Virus record (IMG/VR): IMGVR_UViG_3300028591_000141
Coordinates: 34,780 to 98,779 of that record
From: a virus
Taxonomy: Duplodnaviria > Caudoviricetes
Length of the DNA stretch: 64,000 bases
Direction: 5' to 3' (one strand)
Positions 28,598-37,084 of this stretch are shown in pieces. Numbering within the stretch: position 1 is the stretch's first letter; the number at the start of each line of letters is the position of its first letter. The notes under the pieces are model-generated. The model was not told where the DNA came from. It made no database searches and saw only the letters and a program-made list of their open reading frames with translations. Both the position numbers and the translations under genes were made by a program.

Positions 28598-28990
28598 TTA
28601 AGTTTCTTCACATGGTTCAAGTTTTGCACCGCAATGCGGACAATACTGATAGAAAATTCCTGCATCGTTGTACCTTGTTGGTTCTCCGCATACAGAACAC
28701 CACCAGAATAAATCCGCATATACTCCCGGTCTTGAATAATGCCGTTCCCATTTCCCCTGTTTCGCTTCCTGCTCTTTCAGCAGTTTCTCAATCTGTTCAT
28801 TCTTTTTGCGAATTAACTCAACAGCATTCGTCAGTTCTGTTCCAAGATCGTCCTGCTCTTTCAGCAGGGCAAGGGCATCGTTAATCGTCTGCAGGAAATT
28901 CCGTGCCTGTTCAAATCCTACACGCCCCGCAATGAAACCGCCAATGTCATTCAGACCTTTGATAACCTTCTCCCTGTCTGGCATGTTCAA
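28598..28990 (-). CDS. small zinc-ribbon protein, DREKVIKGL family
   Basis: DREKVIKGL...CSVCG...YCPHCGAK. Confidence 0.7.
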   Translation of the reverse strand: MNMPDREKVIKGLNDIGGFIAGRVGFEQARNFLQTINDALALLKEQDDLGTELTNAVELIRKKNEQIEKLLKEQEAKQGKWERHYSRPGVYADLFWWCSVCGEPTRYNDAGIFYQYCPHCGAKLEPCEET

Positions 28991-29202
28991 TCATTCCTTT
29001 CCACCGCAAGATGCGACTCAAAGTAGTTCAGCACCCGTCGCATCAGTTCCCCGCTTGGCTGGACATCTCCGTACACATACCGCCTGATCGTGCGCTCACA
29101 CATACCAAGTTCTTCCGCAAGCATTTTCTGCGAGATACCGTATTCTTTCATGACTGACCGCAGCCACTCACCGAATTCGTTTGCTCCATATTTACAATGC
29201 AT
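28987..29202 (-). CDS. XRE HTH regulator
   Basis: ISQKMLAEELGMCERTIRRYVYG. Confidence 0.8.
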   Translation of the reverse strand: MHCKYGANEFGEWLRSVMKEYGISQKMLAEELGMCERTIRRYVYGDVQPSGELMRRVLNYFESHLAVERND

Positions 29203-29216
29203 CTTTTACCTCCGTA

Positions 29217-29609
29217 CTACCAACTCATATAAACACATTCAAGCGGGATGTCAGCATTCCATCCACCTTTTATCCCGTCCCAGTCATTTGTCAACCAACT
29301 CATAATTGACTGCAATGCACACAATGCCGTACTGCAACTGCCCCATCCGTTCTCCGGTTCAAGACACCTGTACTTCGTCTGGTTAAATGTCAGTTCGTGG
29401 ATGCCACGCTCAATATTCGGAATAATATCCGTTACTCTGTACCATTCGCCCTGATGAAAGTCCCAGTCCATACACTTCCGGAACAGATCGCCAATGTTAT
29501 ATGTCGGACTGTGCCTCTCCGGTTCACCAATAACCGCGTACAGATCGTCATGGCCCGCAACCTTCACCGCGAACCTGATGTCATAACTCATTCTTTTACC
29601 TCCGTACAT
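29217..29609 (-). CDS. hypothetical phage protein
   Basis: TYNIGDLF...EPENGWGS motif; co-oriented. Confidence 0.65.
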   Translation of the reverse strand: MYGGKRMSYDIRFAVKVAGHDDLYAVIGEPERHSPTYNIGDLFRKCMDWDFHQGEWYRVTDIIPNIERGIHELTFNQTKYRCLEPENGWGSCSTALCALQSIMSWLTNDWDGIKGGWNADIPLECVYMSW

Positions 29610-29914
29610 TCCATTGCCATGTCTTCGTAAAACCGTCGTGCTTCCGGAATCAGTTCAACCGCCGTCCGGAACTCCTCACTCCACTCATCGTCCGGATGTT
29701 TCGGTACGTTCATGTCCCGCTGGCACGTTAGGATCATCAGTATCTGCATTGCAGTCAGGTACATGTTGAACCCCATTTTTCCCTTCCACTTCCGGAATTC
29801 TTCCTGTGTCCGCCTGTGCTCAACAGCGCGCAACACACGTTCGTGTTCCTGCATGTCACGTTCATGGTTGTTCTCCGCATGACGCGCGATCCGTTCAGCC
29901 ATGCTTGGTTTCAT
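29588..29914 (-). CDS. hypothetical phage protein
   Basis: GGAG RBS before MKPSMAE. Confidence 0.55.
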   Translation of the reverse strand: MKPSMAERIARHAENNHERDMQEHERVLRAVEHRRTQEEFRKWKGKMGFNMYLTAMQILMILTCQRDMNVPKHPDDEWSEEFRTAVELIPEARRFYEDMAMECTEVKE

Positions 29915-29940
29915 AAACAATCTCCAACAATTCGACAACA

Positions 29941-30058
29941 TTTCTACAATTAGACAACTGTTTTCGACAACTAAATCCGTGTTTTCTACAACTAATTGCC
30001 TGTTTTTCTACAACTAATAAACTGTTTTCTACAACAAAACGACTATTTTCCAACAACT
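29941..30058. repeat. iteron-like repeats, candidate replication origin
   Basis: TGTTTTCTACAACT-like units at about 29941, 29959, 29980, 30001, 30023, 30044 (21-22 bp spacing among the last five). Confidence 0.65.
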
Positions 30059-30399
30059 GCCGACCGGATCCTCGCACGTCTGGCACGTTGAAACACGCTC
30101 GGCTTCTCCGTGTCCCGGCGAAACCCCAGTCCGAAGTTGTCGTTCACCCACCACATCGCGTCAACATATCCGATGTCCGGAACAACTCCCTGGACAAGAT
30201 GAATGCAGTCGCCTGATTGATGGCAAACAAAACAGTAAAAGCCTCTGTTACCTGGGTATAGTTTACAATTAAAACCATCGCCGTGATGGAATGGACACGG
30301 GCATCTTCCATGCCGATCAACATTAAGTCCGAGCGCCTTTCCAACGTCTATTGCTGATACTGAGTTACGGATTGCATCACTGATTTCTCGGATGTCCAT
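30043..30399 (-). CDS. CHC2 zinc-finger protein (primase zinc-binding domain only)
   Basis: CPFH...FYCFVC..SGD.IHLV. Confidence 0.85.
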   Translation of the reverse strand: MDIREISDAIRNSVSAIDVGKALGLNVDRHGRCPCPFHHGDGFNCKLYPGNRGFYCFVCHQSGDCIHLVQGVVPDIGYVDAMWWVNDNFGLGFRRDTEKPSVFQRARRARIRSAVVGK

Positions 30400-31055
30400 T
30401 AATCATTATCCTTCCTACTGATTTGAATGTATTCCCAATGAAGTCCATGTGAACTTTTTTGTTCTCCAGCACATGCTGCTCTTATTCCTTTTGGAGAAAT
30501 ACCATTATCACTTGCGGCGCGTATTATCGAATCGTATACAACCCCTGTTTCTACACATACAACTTGTCTTTTGTTCTTCTCATGTAGTTTCATTAGTGCT
30601 TCACGTTGCTTTGTGGACAGTTTCCCTTTACGAACATCGCTTAGTTTCTTCAGAGTTTCAGCAGAAAACTTTTTTCCATAATTCGGATTAAGAGGACCAA
30701 GCATTCGTTTTCTGGCCTTTTCTCGAAAGTCAGCACTAAGCTTTGCACCATATGTTCCGCCTTCGCCACCAATACTCATGTTATATCCATATGCTGGGTC
30801 TGTTGTTTTGCATCCGGCAATCAAAGATATTTCAAGATTGCACGCATCTTCTTTTGAAAGGTGTTCGGCAAGTATAATATGTTGGAAGTTGTCCCATCCG
30901 TATTTCAGTATCGCATCAAAGAAATATTTATTTTTTACATATCCTTTTCCGTGATTCCAACGGTGTTCCGGCTTTTTACTGGTTATACCAATATACTTTT
31001 TCCCATTCGGTGACACATGCATATACACAGTAAATTCATTCACTTTAAGAATCAT
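30399..31055 (-). CDS. GIY-YIG homing endonuclease with NUMOD repeats
   Basis: TVYMHVSPNGKKYIGIT, GYNMSIGG, NPNYGKK; AT-rich. Confidence 0.85.
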   Translation of the reverse strand: MILKVNEFTVYMHVSPNGKKYIGITSKKPEHRWNHGKGYVKNKYFFDAILKYGWDNFQHIILAEHLSKEDACNLEISLIAGCKTTDPAYGYNMSIGGEGGTYGAKLSADFREKARKRMLGPLNPNYGKKFSAETLKKLSDVRKGKLSTKQREALMKLHEKNKRQVVCVETGVVYDSIIRAASDNGISPKGIRAACAGEQKSSHGLHWEYIQISRKDND

Positions 31056-32443
31056 TTTTCAATCACGGCCCCCATCTTTCGGTAGCTAGAGCACCGCTTC
31101 TTGTATGCACCCTGGCAGAACCCTACGTTTACATCTACGAAGTCATAGACAACAGGTGTATCCTTGCCTTCAAACGTCCGCTGTATGCGTCCTACGGCCT
31201 GTGTAATGATTGCGCTGAACTTACACGGGGAAGCAAGGAACAGACGGTCAAGCCTGGGGATATCCAACCCTTCCTTCGCAAGACTGTATGTCGCAAACAA
31301 GTATTTTCGTTTGCCTGTACGCATGTCCTCAAGCAGCTGTTCACGTTCAGCCTTTGCTTTCTTCGATTGCATCTTGCCGTCGATGTATGCCACGTCTTTC
31401 TGCATATCATCCGGAAGATATGAGATAATTGCCTTTAATTGTTCAAGCCTATCTGACAGGATCAGACAACTATGGTCACGTTCCTCAACAATCTTCCGCA
31501 TGATATCAAGATTCCTGCCTTCACAGGTCGTCAATGCTTCAATCAGTTTCACATAGTTAATCGTGCCGTCATCGTTCAGACAGTTGTCATCGATCTCAAA
31601 GTCCGTCTCTACCGGCCGGATCTTCACGCCCATCGTCCGATCTGCTACAGCTTCATCCGGCACTGTCCACATCACGTTGCCGAGAAGCGCAAACGTCGCT
31701 TTGATCAGTCCGTCGCTGCGTTCCGGTGTGGCACTCAACCCGTACTTGTGCCTTGCGGACAGGTGGTTCAGTACCTTCTCATACCGCGTGAACGTACTGG
31801 CTGATGCTGATACCCTGTGGCATTCGTCCACAATGATGACGTCCCAGTAGTCACGGTACTGTGTCAGTTCAAGGTTTGCCATCGTCTGTACGGTCGCAAA
31901 CGTAACGCCGACGCCGATGTTTACCTTGCCTTCCGTGATTGTGCCGATAGTTTCAGGATCAATGTACTGTTTCGCACGGTCCATGCTCTGCTTCAGCAGG
32001 TCCTGCGTATGGCACAACCACAACGCACGTCTCCGGAATCCTTTGATAAGTGCAATCCCCATCTGTGTTTTCCCGCTGCCGGGTTTGCTCTTGAGTATCC
32101 CGTACTTGGCACCGATCATGGCACCGACCGCTTCCGCCTGGTAATCATAGAGTGGTACGGCAGTTCCTCCGTAGTTGATCACATTGTCTTGCCGGAAGTC
32201 CGTGTAAACACGTGAGTGTTTCAGCAGCGGCATCAGTTCCCTGCACACGCCGAACGGCAGGATCAGCGTATCGCCGTTCCACTCATACAGTCTCAGTTCC
32301 TTCGGTGTCTTCCCGACCCAAAACCCCATCCGCTGTTTCTTTTCATACTCCGGGTTCGGGAACTTCAGGTTCTCTTTTGCCCACCGCTGAACCTCAATGG
32401 ACGGATCCTGTATGTAGATCCGGTTCGCAATCGTCGTGTTCAT
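31052..32443 (-). CDS. SF2 DEAD/DEAH-like helicase
   Basis: PGSGKT, DECH, SAT, EGLDIP and QAVGR motifs. Confidence 0.92.
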   Translation of the reverse strand: MNTTIANRIYIQDPSIEVQRWAKENLKFPNPEYEKKQRMGFWVGKTPKELRLYEWNGDTLILPFGVCRELMPLLKHSRVYTDFRQDNVINYGGTAVPLYDYQAEAVGAMIGAKYGILKSKPGSGKTQMGIALIKGFRRRALWLCHTQDLLKQSMDRAKQYIDPETIGTITEGKVNIGVGVTFATVQTMANLELTQYRDYWDVIIVDECHRVSASASTFTRYEKVLNHLSARHKYGLSATPERSDGLIKATFALLGNVMWTVPDEAVADRTMGVKIRPVETDFEIDDNCLNDDGTINYVKLIEALTTCEGRNLDIMRKIVEERDHSCLILSDRLEQLKAIISYLPDDMQKDVAYIDGKMQSKKAKAEREQLLEDMRTGKRKYLFATYSLAKEGLDIPRLDRLFLASPCKFSAIITQAVGRIQRTFEGKDTPVVYDFVDVNVGFCQGAYKKRCSSYRKMGAVIEK

Positions 32444-32444
32444 C

Positions 32445-32876
32445 TCAATCCTCCGCCCATACTCTGCTGGAGTCCAGCCAATCGACAATATTCCATGTTT
32501 CCTTTGTCATGTCTTCCGCACTGATCCGGCTCTTGCCCCTGTTACGGATTGTTTCGCATCGTTCCAGAGATACAAGGCGGACACCGCCGTCCGGAAGCTT
32601 CAGCGCAAAGTAGCACAGTTCACCACACCTGTTGAAGAACCTCTTCATTGCACTACGCTGGTTGTCCTCGATCCGGTCAAAGCTGAAATATCCCTGGTCG
32701 CATACCTTGCAGTCGATCAGCGTATGGAATCTCCCGCGTATCGCAATGATATCCGCAGGCTGACCGGCTTTGTTCTGTTGCAGCACGTGACACCAAAATC
32801 CATTCTCTGCCAGGACGTGACTCAGTTCCTGTTCAAACTTTCCGCCTGTTGTCCGGTTGTCTGTTTTTGTTGTCAT
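32445..32876 (-). CDS. PD-(D/E)xK nuclease, putative Holliday junction resolvase
   Basis: GGKFEQE...PADIIA...IDCK. Confidence 0.7.
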   Translation of the reverse strand: MTTKTDNRTTGGKFEQELSHVLAENGFWCHVLQQNKAGQPADIIAIRGRFHTLIDCKVCDQGYFSFDRIEDNQRSAMKRFFNRCGELCYFALKLPDGGVRLVSLERCETIRNRGKSRISAEDMTKETWNIVDWLDSSRVWAED

Positions 32877-33193
32877 TCGCTCACCCCCGTAGGCACTACA
32901 ACCTTTGCCAGTGCCGTCACGATGATCCGTTCAGGTTCTTCCTTCCTGCTTATGTACTCAATCAGACCTTCTTCAAGCATCTTGTCACCAATCACGTATG
33001 CCAGGTCTTTCCGTACATACTCTTCATAGTCAGGATGTACTTCCAATACTTCTTTCATGAACGTTTGGTTCACTTTCAGCGTCCGGAAACTGAAGCGGGA
33101 AACATATGTTCGTTCAGGTCGTGTCCTGATCATGACGTCTTCATGCGTATATCCGCCGAGCAGGCGGATCAGTTTATCTTTCAGTTTTTTCAT
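32873..33193 (-). CDS. hypothetical phage protein
   Basis: Co-oriented ORF with RBS. Confidence 0.6.
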   Translation of the reverse strand: MKKLKDKLIRLLGGYTHEDVMIRTRPERTYVSRFSFRTLKVNQTFMKEVLEVHPDYEEYVRKDLAYVIGDKMLEEGLIEYISRKEEPERIIVTALAKVVVPTGVSE

Positions 33194-33202
33194 ATGTTCT
33201 CC

Positions 33203-33445
33203 TTATCTGTGGTCAGAGGTCGGAATAAGACTGATCCCGTTGAACCGCATATTCCAGCGTTTCACTGCAAGATCAACCGCATTCCTGTGTCCCATGCTGA
33301 CAGGAAACCGTTCTGTACGCATGTTGCATGTTGTACACCGTACAAAAGCAACCTTTGTTGACTCGCCTTTTACAAAGCCACGGCTGTCCGATTCGATGTA
33401 CGGCGTTCCTCCGCAGAACGGGCATGTCTTCAGATCATATTTCAT
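33203..33445 (-). CDS. Lar-like restriction alleviation zinc-ribbon protein
   Basis: LKTCPFCGG...C..C...AVKRWN; start at 33445, downstream of the tmRNA. Confidence 0.7.
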   Translation of the reverse strand: MKYDLKTCPFCGGTPYIESDSRGFVKGESTKVAFVRCTTCNMRTERFPVSMGHRNAVDLAVKRWNMRFNGISLIPTSDHR

Positions 33446-33512
33446 CTCATTCATTCCTTTCTGTTTAGTCTCCGGATGGCGTCTCTCTGTCCGCATTAAT
33501 CCGGAGGAAACA

Positions 33513-33864
33513 TGGTGGAGGTGACGGGATTCGAACCCGTGTCCAGACTGCAACCAATACAGAGACTTCTTACACGATAGGCAGTTTCAAGAGATGCCGC
33601 TCATAAAGGAAAGGAGTGTTCCCTCATGTCCACCACCTGCTCTTTTCTTTCACGGTGAGCAGGAGATCCGGAGAGTGTTAATCTTTCTCTGATCCTCATA
33701 CGGTTACCGATTAACAGGTCCGTCGTTTTGGAGCGAAACGGCATCAGGCCGCTTTCAGTTCGCCGTAGATTTCGTCTTCGTCAGTTCTTGTTTTTGCCCC
33801 GTAAGGTGGTTGCATACCCGTGATCTCTGTACCATTCACAACCTGTCGAAACCAAATCACCCCC
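33513..33864 (-). ncRNA. ssrA: tmRNA
   Basis: 5' GGGGGTGATTTGGTTTCGAC; 3' GGGTTCGAATCCCGTCACCTCCACCA; acceptor stem with G3-U70; tag frame 33782-33744 (A)DEDEIYGELKAA*; 352 nt. Confidence 0.93.
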
Positions 33865-33873
33865 ATAAAGTTG

Positions 33874-34004
33874 TGATGCGTGCGGGGACTCGAACCCCGC
33901 AAGGAAGCCTTCAGCACTACAGGGGCAGCTTCCGTGGAGGAAATCCAGGTCATGAGTAAAAACCTGCCTGTAGTTTCACGCGTTTCCCGTTCCGCCAACG
34001 CATC
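33874..34004 (-). ncRNA. tRNA-like RNA with expanded anticodon region (131 nt)
   Basis: Acceptor GATGCGT/ACGCATC; D arm GCGGAACGGGAAACGC; T arm GCGGGG-TTCGAGT-CCCCGC; central ACTACAGG/CCTGTAGT branch with no 7-nt anticodon loop. Confidence 0.7.
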
Positions 34005-34015
34005 GTAAAGTCAAA

Positions 34016-34115
34016 AGTGCGGGTGAGGATTTGCACCTCACATGATAGGCGGCCAAGCCTTCTACCCACCGTGTCCGGACACGTTCTATAGCGTCTACCT
34101 ATTCCGCCACCGCAC
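34016..34115 (-). ncRNA. tRNA-like RNA lacking a canonical anticodon loop (100 nt)
   Basis: Acceptor GTGCGG/CCGCAC; Leu-type D arm TGGCGGAATAGGTAGACGC; T arm GTGAGG-TGCAAAT-CCTCAC; ATAG/CTAT stem enclosing a branched insert. Confidence 0.7.
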
Positions 34116-34125
34116 AATCAATCAG

Positions 34126-34503
34126 TTAGAATGGCAGTTCATCAGTTTCAACAGGCGTCCCACCACTTGGATCCTGTGCCTGTCCGCCGTCCTGCTTCTT
34201 TCCGCAGAAGTTAATACCGCTCAGAATCAGCACGATCTTGCTCCTGCTCTCGCCGTCCTTGGTCTTCCACTCTTCGGTGTTCAGCTTGCCTTCGACGACC
34301 GTTTCCTGCCCCTTGGTGAAGTACTTGCACACATGTTCAGCCAGTCCGCCGAATGCCTTGCACTCCAGGAACAGTTTTGTCTCACGATCCTTCACCTTCT
34401 CGCTCCACGCGATCCGGAAGTTAGCGACCTTCACACCACTGTTCGTATCCCGCAGTTCGGGGTCTGCCACAAGCCTGCCTTGCAGGGAAAGATGATTAAT
34501 CAT
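34126..34503 (-). CDS. ssb: single-stranded DNA-binding protein
   Basis: GRLVADPELR OB fold; DELPF tail. Confidence 0.92.
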   Translation of the reverse strand: MINHLSLQGRLVADPELRDTNSGVKVANFRIAWSEKVKDRETKLFLECKAFGGLAEHVCKYFTKGQETVVEGKLNTEEWKTKDGESRSKIVLILSGINFCGKKQDGGQAQDPSGGTPVETDELPF

Positions 34504-35125
34504 TGGTCTTGTCCTCCTCGTTCAGCCACTTCTCCAAACGTTCTTTTACGTTCGGGTTGTAATACCATGCCGGATCAATCTTTACATCGAATCCGTAGTT
34601 ATGCCGGATGAATGTTGCAGAAGAATCCGCTGATTCATGATCCTCAAAGAACATCGCGTCGATCAGTCTCGGACTGAACACCGGATCACCGCATGCGTCC
34701 TCTGTTTCTTTTGCGATCTCTTCCTCTGTCTTGCCTTCTTCCTTCAGCCGCGCCTCCATAGCACCGATGCAGTACTTCCGGAAATAGTACAGTCCCTTCT
34801 TGCCGTCCTCGTCTTCCTCGACAAGAGTCAGAACGTACTTATCCATGTAGAACTCGTCCTCAATCCGCTTGTGCATGGCGCGGATTTCGTCAGGCGTTTC
34901 GCAGGCATGGATCTTGTTCAGCAGGATCTCGCTCATCACATGGACCAGCGCTCCGGTTTCGATGGCGTCCTCCGTTGTCAGACCAAACGTGCCGTCTTTC
35001 TGGTAGAACTTACCATCCTCATCGCGGGTATACTTGTCGTAAATCTTCCGTCTCATGCAACGCAACATGTGATCCAGGTCTCCGAGAAGAATGTACTGTT
35101 TGTTCTCAGCTTCATAAATCTTCAT
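34496..35125 (-). CDS. hypothetical phage protein
   Basis: Co-oriented ORF with AGGAG RBS. Confidence 0.65.
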   Translation of the reverse strand: MKIYEAENKQYILLGDLDHMLRCMRRKIYDKYTRDEDGKFYQKDGTFGLTTEDAIETGALVHVMSEILLNKIHACETPDEIRAMHKRIEDEFYMDKYVLTLVEEDEDGKKGLYYFRKYCIGAMEARLKEEGKTEEEIAKETEDACGDPVFSPRLIDAMFFEDHESADSSATFIRHNYGFDVKIDPAWYYNPNVKERLEKWLNEEDKTND

Positions 35126-35138
35126 GCAATCACTCTCC

Positions 35139-35813
35139 TTATTCCGCGTCTGCCATCAGCGCCGCCGCCAGGTCGTCCTGCTCACTTGATTCATGCGTCT
35201 GTGCTTCTTCTGCTTTAAGCGCTTCAGAGGCTTCAGCCGCAGCCTTTTCAGCCGCTTCCACTTCAGCTTTCCGTTTCTGTGCGCACTCCATGCACAGGCA
35301 CTTGCCGTACTTCTGCTTGCTTCCGGCGACAATCTGCTCTGCCGTGAAACTTCCGCTTCCTGTAATTTCGTTTCCGCACGTAGCGCACTTCACCGCAGCC
35401 TTCGGTTTCGCACCGGCAGCGGACGGCTTCTTGTCACGGATGCGGATGCCGTCGGTCAGTTCTCCGTTGCTGGGATTCCGGACGCCATGCTCGATGTAAA
35501 GCTGAATCTGCTTTCCTTCCAGCGCGTTCGCCGTGACCTGCCCGTACAGTTTTTTCAGCGTCTGCCGGTTCGTGCTGTTGACAATCAGCGGACGAACCTC
35601 CGCGATGCCCGGAACGGTCTCTTCAACGAACGTCAGCACGTTCTTAACTTCCTTGCCCCTGGACAGGGTAACCTTGCCACGGTACAGGTTCTTGATGGTC
35701 AGCACCGGCTCGACCTTCTGGTCGATGTCATCAGCGCCCATGTACTCAGAATCTCTTTCCAGTTTTTCTTCGCCCTTCAGGGCCTTCATGTTCTGAATCT
35801 CTTTCGGGATCAT
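35139..35813 (-). CDS. putative ssDNA-binding/annealing protein with C-terminal zinc finger
   Basis: RPLIVNSTN...DGIRIR core; CATCG...CMEC; near exonuclease and SSB. Confidence 0.55.
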   Translation of the reverse strand: MIPKEIQNMKALKGEEKLERDSEYMGADDIDQKVEPVLTIKNLYRGKVTLSRGKEVKNVLTFVEETVPGIAEVRPLIVNSTNRQTLKKLYGQVTANALEGKQIQLYIEHGVRNPSNGELTDGIRIRDKKPSAAGAKPKAAVKCATCGNEITGSGSFTAEQIVAGSKQKYGKCLCMECAQKRKAEVEAAEKAAAEASEALKAEEAQTHESSEQDDLAAALMADAE

Positions 35814-35816
35814 TAT

Positions 35817-36269
35817 TTAAGCCTCCATTCTTTTTACTTTCCTGTCATACATCACAATGCTTCCTGCCGTACTGACATTCATGCACCTGTCGCCGAGCAG
35901 TTGAACCGTTGCCCAGCACCTGTCGAGAATCTCCGGCGGCAGTCCGTGGTCCTCCGCTCCGAGCAGGTAGATGCACCGCTCCGGATGCACGAACGTTTCC
36001 AGCGGAACGCTCCGGTCATCCAGTTCAATAGCCACCACAGGACAGTTGTACGGAACGTGCCGGAACATATCGTCCCAGTCATCGAAGTGCCACAGCGGAA
36101 TGTGTTTCGGCGTGTTCATTGTGTCAGTACACTGCTTGCTGTACCGCTTGCCGATGGTGAAGATGAAGTCAGCGTCGAGGATGTTGGCGCTCCTCCACAG
36201 AGTGCCAATGTTCTCCTCGTTCTTTCCGTGAAAGATTCCGATACCAAAGTATCCTCGCTTCTGCTTCAC
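35817..36269 (-). CDS. SpoU/TrmH-family (SPOUT) RNA methyltransferase
   Basis: NIGTLWRSA, LLGAEDHGL and MNVSTAGSIVMYD motifs. Confidence 0.88.
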   Translation of the reverse strand: MKQKRGYFGIGIFHGKNEENIGTLWRSANILDADFIFTIGKRYSKQCTDTMNTPKHIPLWHFDDWDDMFRHVPYNCPVVAIELDDRSVPLETFVHPERCIYLLGAEDHGLPPEILDRCWATVQLLGDRCMNVSTAGSIVMYDRKVKRMEA

Positions 36270-37084
36270 TCGAAGTCATCCTCCATCTCCTGCTGCATCC
36301 AGTTCGGTACAAACGAATCATTCGGAATATCGCCACAATAACCAGGCCATTGATCAAGGACTTTGCACTGATGATACTTCTCCATTAACTGCTTAAATTT
36401 TGCACATCCTGCGTTCATGACTTCTTCCGTTACTTCGATCACGTTCACGCTGTACGGTGCCTTCTTCTCCTGGGCGACGAACATGAAACCGGGACGCTTC
36501 CGAAGTTTTTTTGCCTTCATCACGCCTTCTGTGTACATGTACGCTTGGAGTTGATAGCCAAGGCGGAAGATGTCGGAATTAAAACGGAACGTCTCCGCGC
36601 ACAGCGTGGTCTTGTAGTCCACCACGTACCACTTCCGGTTGAACTTTACCAGCCGGTCTACCTTAATCTTGCACTTTTCGCCGGTGTCCTTATCCGTCCA
36701 GAAGAACGGAACTTCGGTTTCGCCCTTTCCGTAGATCAACTTGTTCGCCAGCGGGCAGTGATCCAATGCAGTACGCATTTCAGCAGCAATCTGCATATCC
36801 TCTGCGTTTACGATTGTCTTTCCTTCATTGGCATTGCAGAACGTTTCCCACTGTTCCTTGCCTTCCTTTGTCCTGCGGTTAATCCCTTCAGGAGCAATCG
36901 CATATTCATCCAGGAAACTTTCCGGTTCAAGAATGAACTTGTGGCACGCACTCCCGAATGCCATCGCCGGAGTCTGTTCAACCGGATGCTCAAGGTTCCA
37001 CTTGAACTTCTCCGGAGACTCTTCCATCTTCCACAGGTCGCTGCGGCGGATACCTTCCGCATTGTTGTAGTCTCTCTCATTCAT
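36266..37084 (-). CDS. RecE/exonuclease VIII-like PD-(D/E)xK nuclease
   Basis: AMAFGSACH, CKIKVD, VDYKTT, YQLQAYMY motifs. Confidence 0.85.
   Translation of the reverse strand: MNERDYNNAEGIRRSDLWKMEESPEKFKWNLEHPVEQTPAMAFGSACHKFILEPESFLDEYAIAPEGINRRTKEGKEQWETFCNANEGKTIVNAEDMQIAAEMRTALDHCPLANKLIYGKGETEVPFFWTDKDTGEKCKIKVDRLVKFNRKWYVVDYKTTLCAETFRFNSDIFRLGYQLQAYMYTEGVMKAKKLRKRPGFMFVAQEKKAPYSVNVIEVTEEVMNAGCAKFKQLMEKYHQCKVLDQWPGYCGDIPNDSFVPNWMQQEMEDDFE

Noticed and set aside
29941-30058. CRISPR array
   Set aside because: Units are about 14 bp with about 7-bp gaps and are degenerate; no cas genes.
33744-33998. 84-aa protein-coding gene
   Set aside because: It overlaps a tRNA mimic and the tmRNA; only the last 12 codons (the tag) are meaningful. 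The 5' extension of ORF 33203..33553 is likewise tmRNA sequence.
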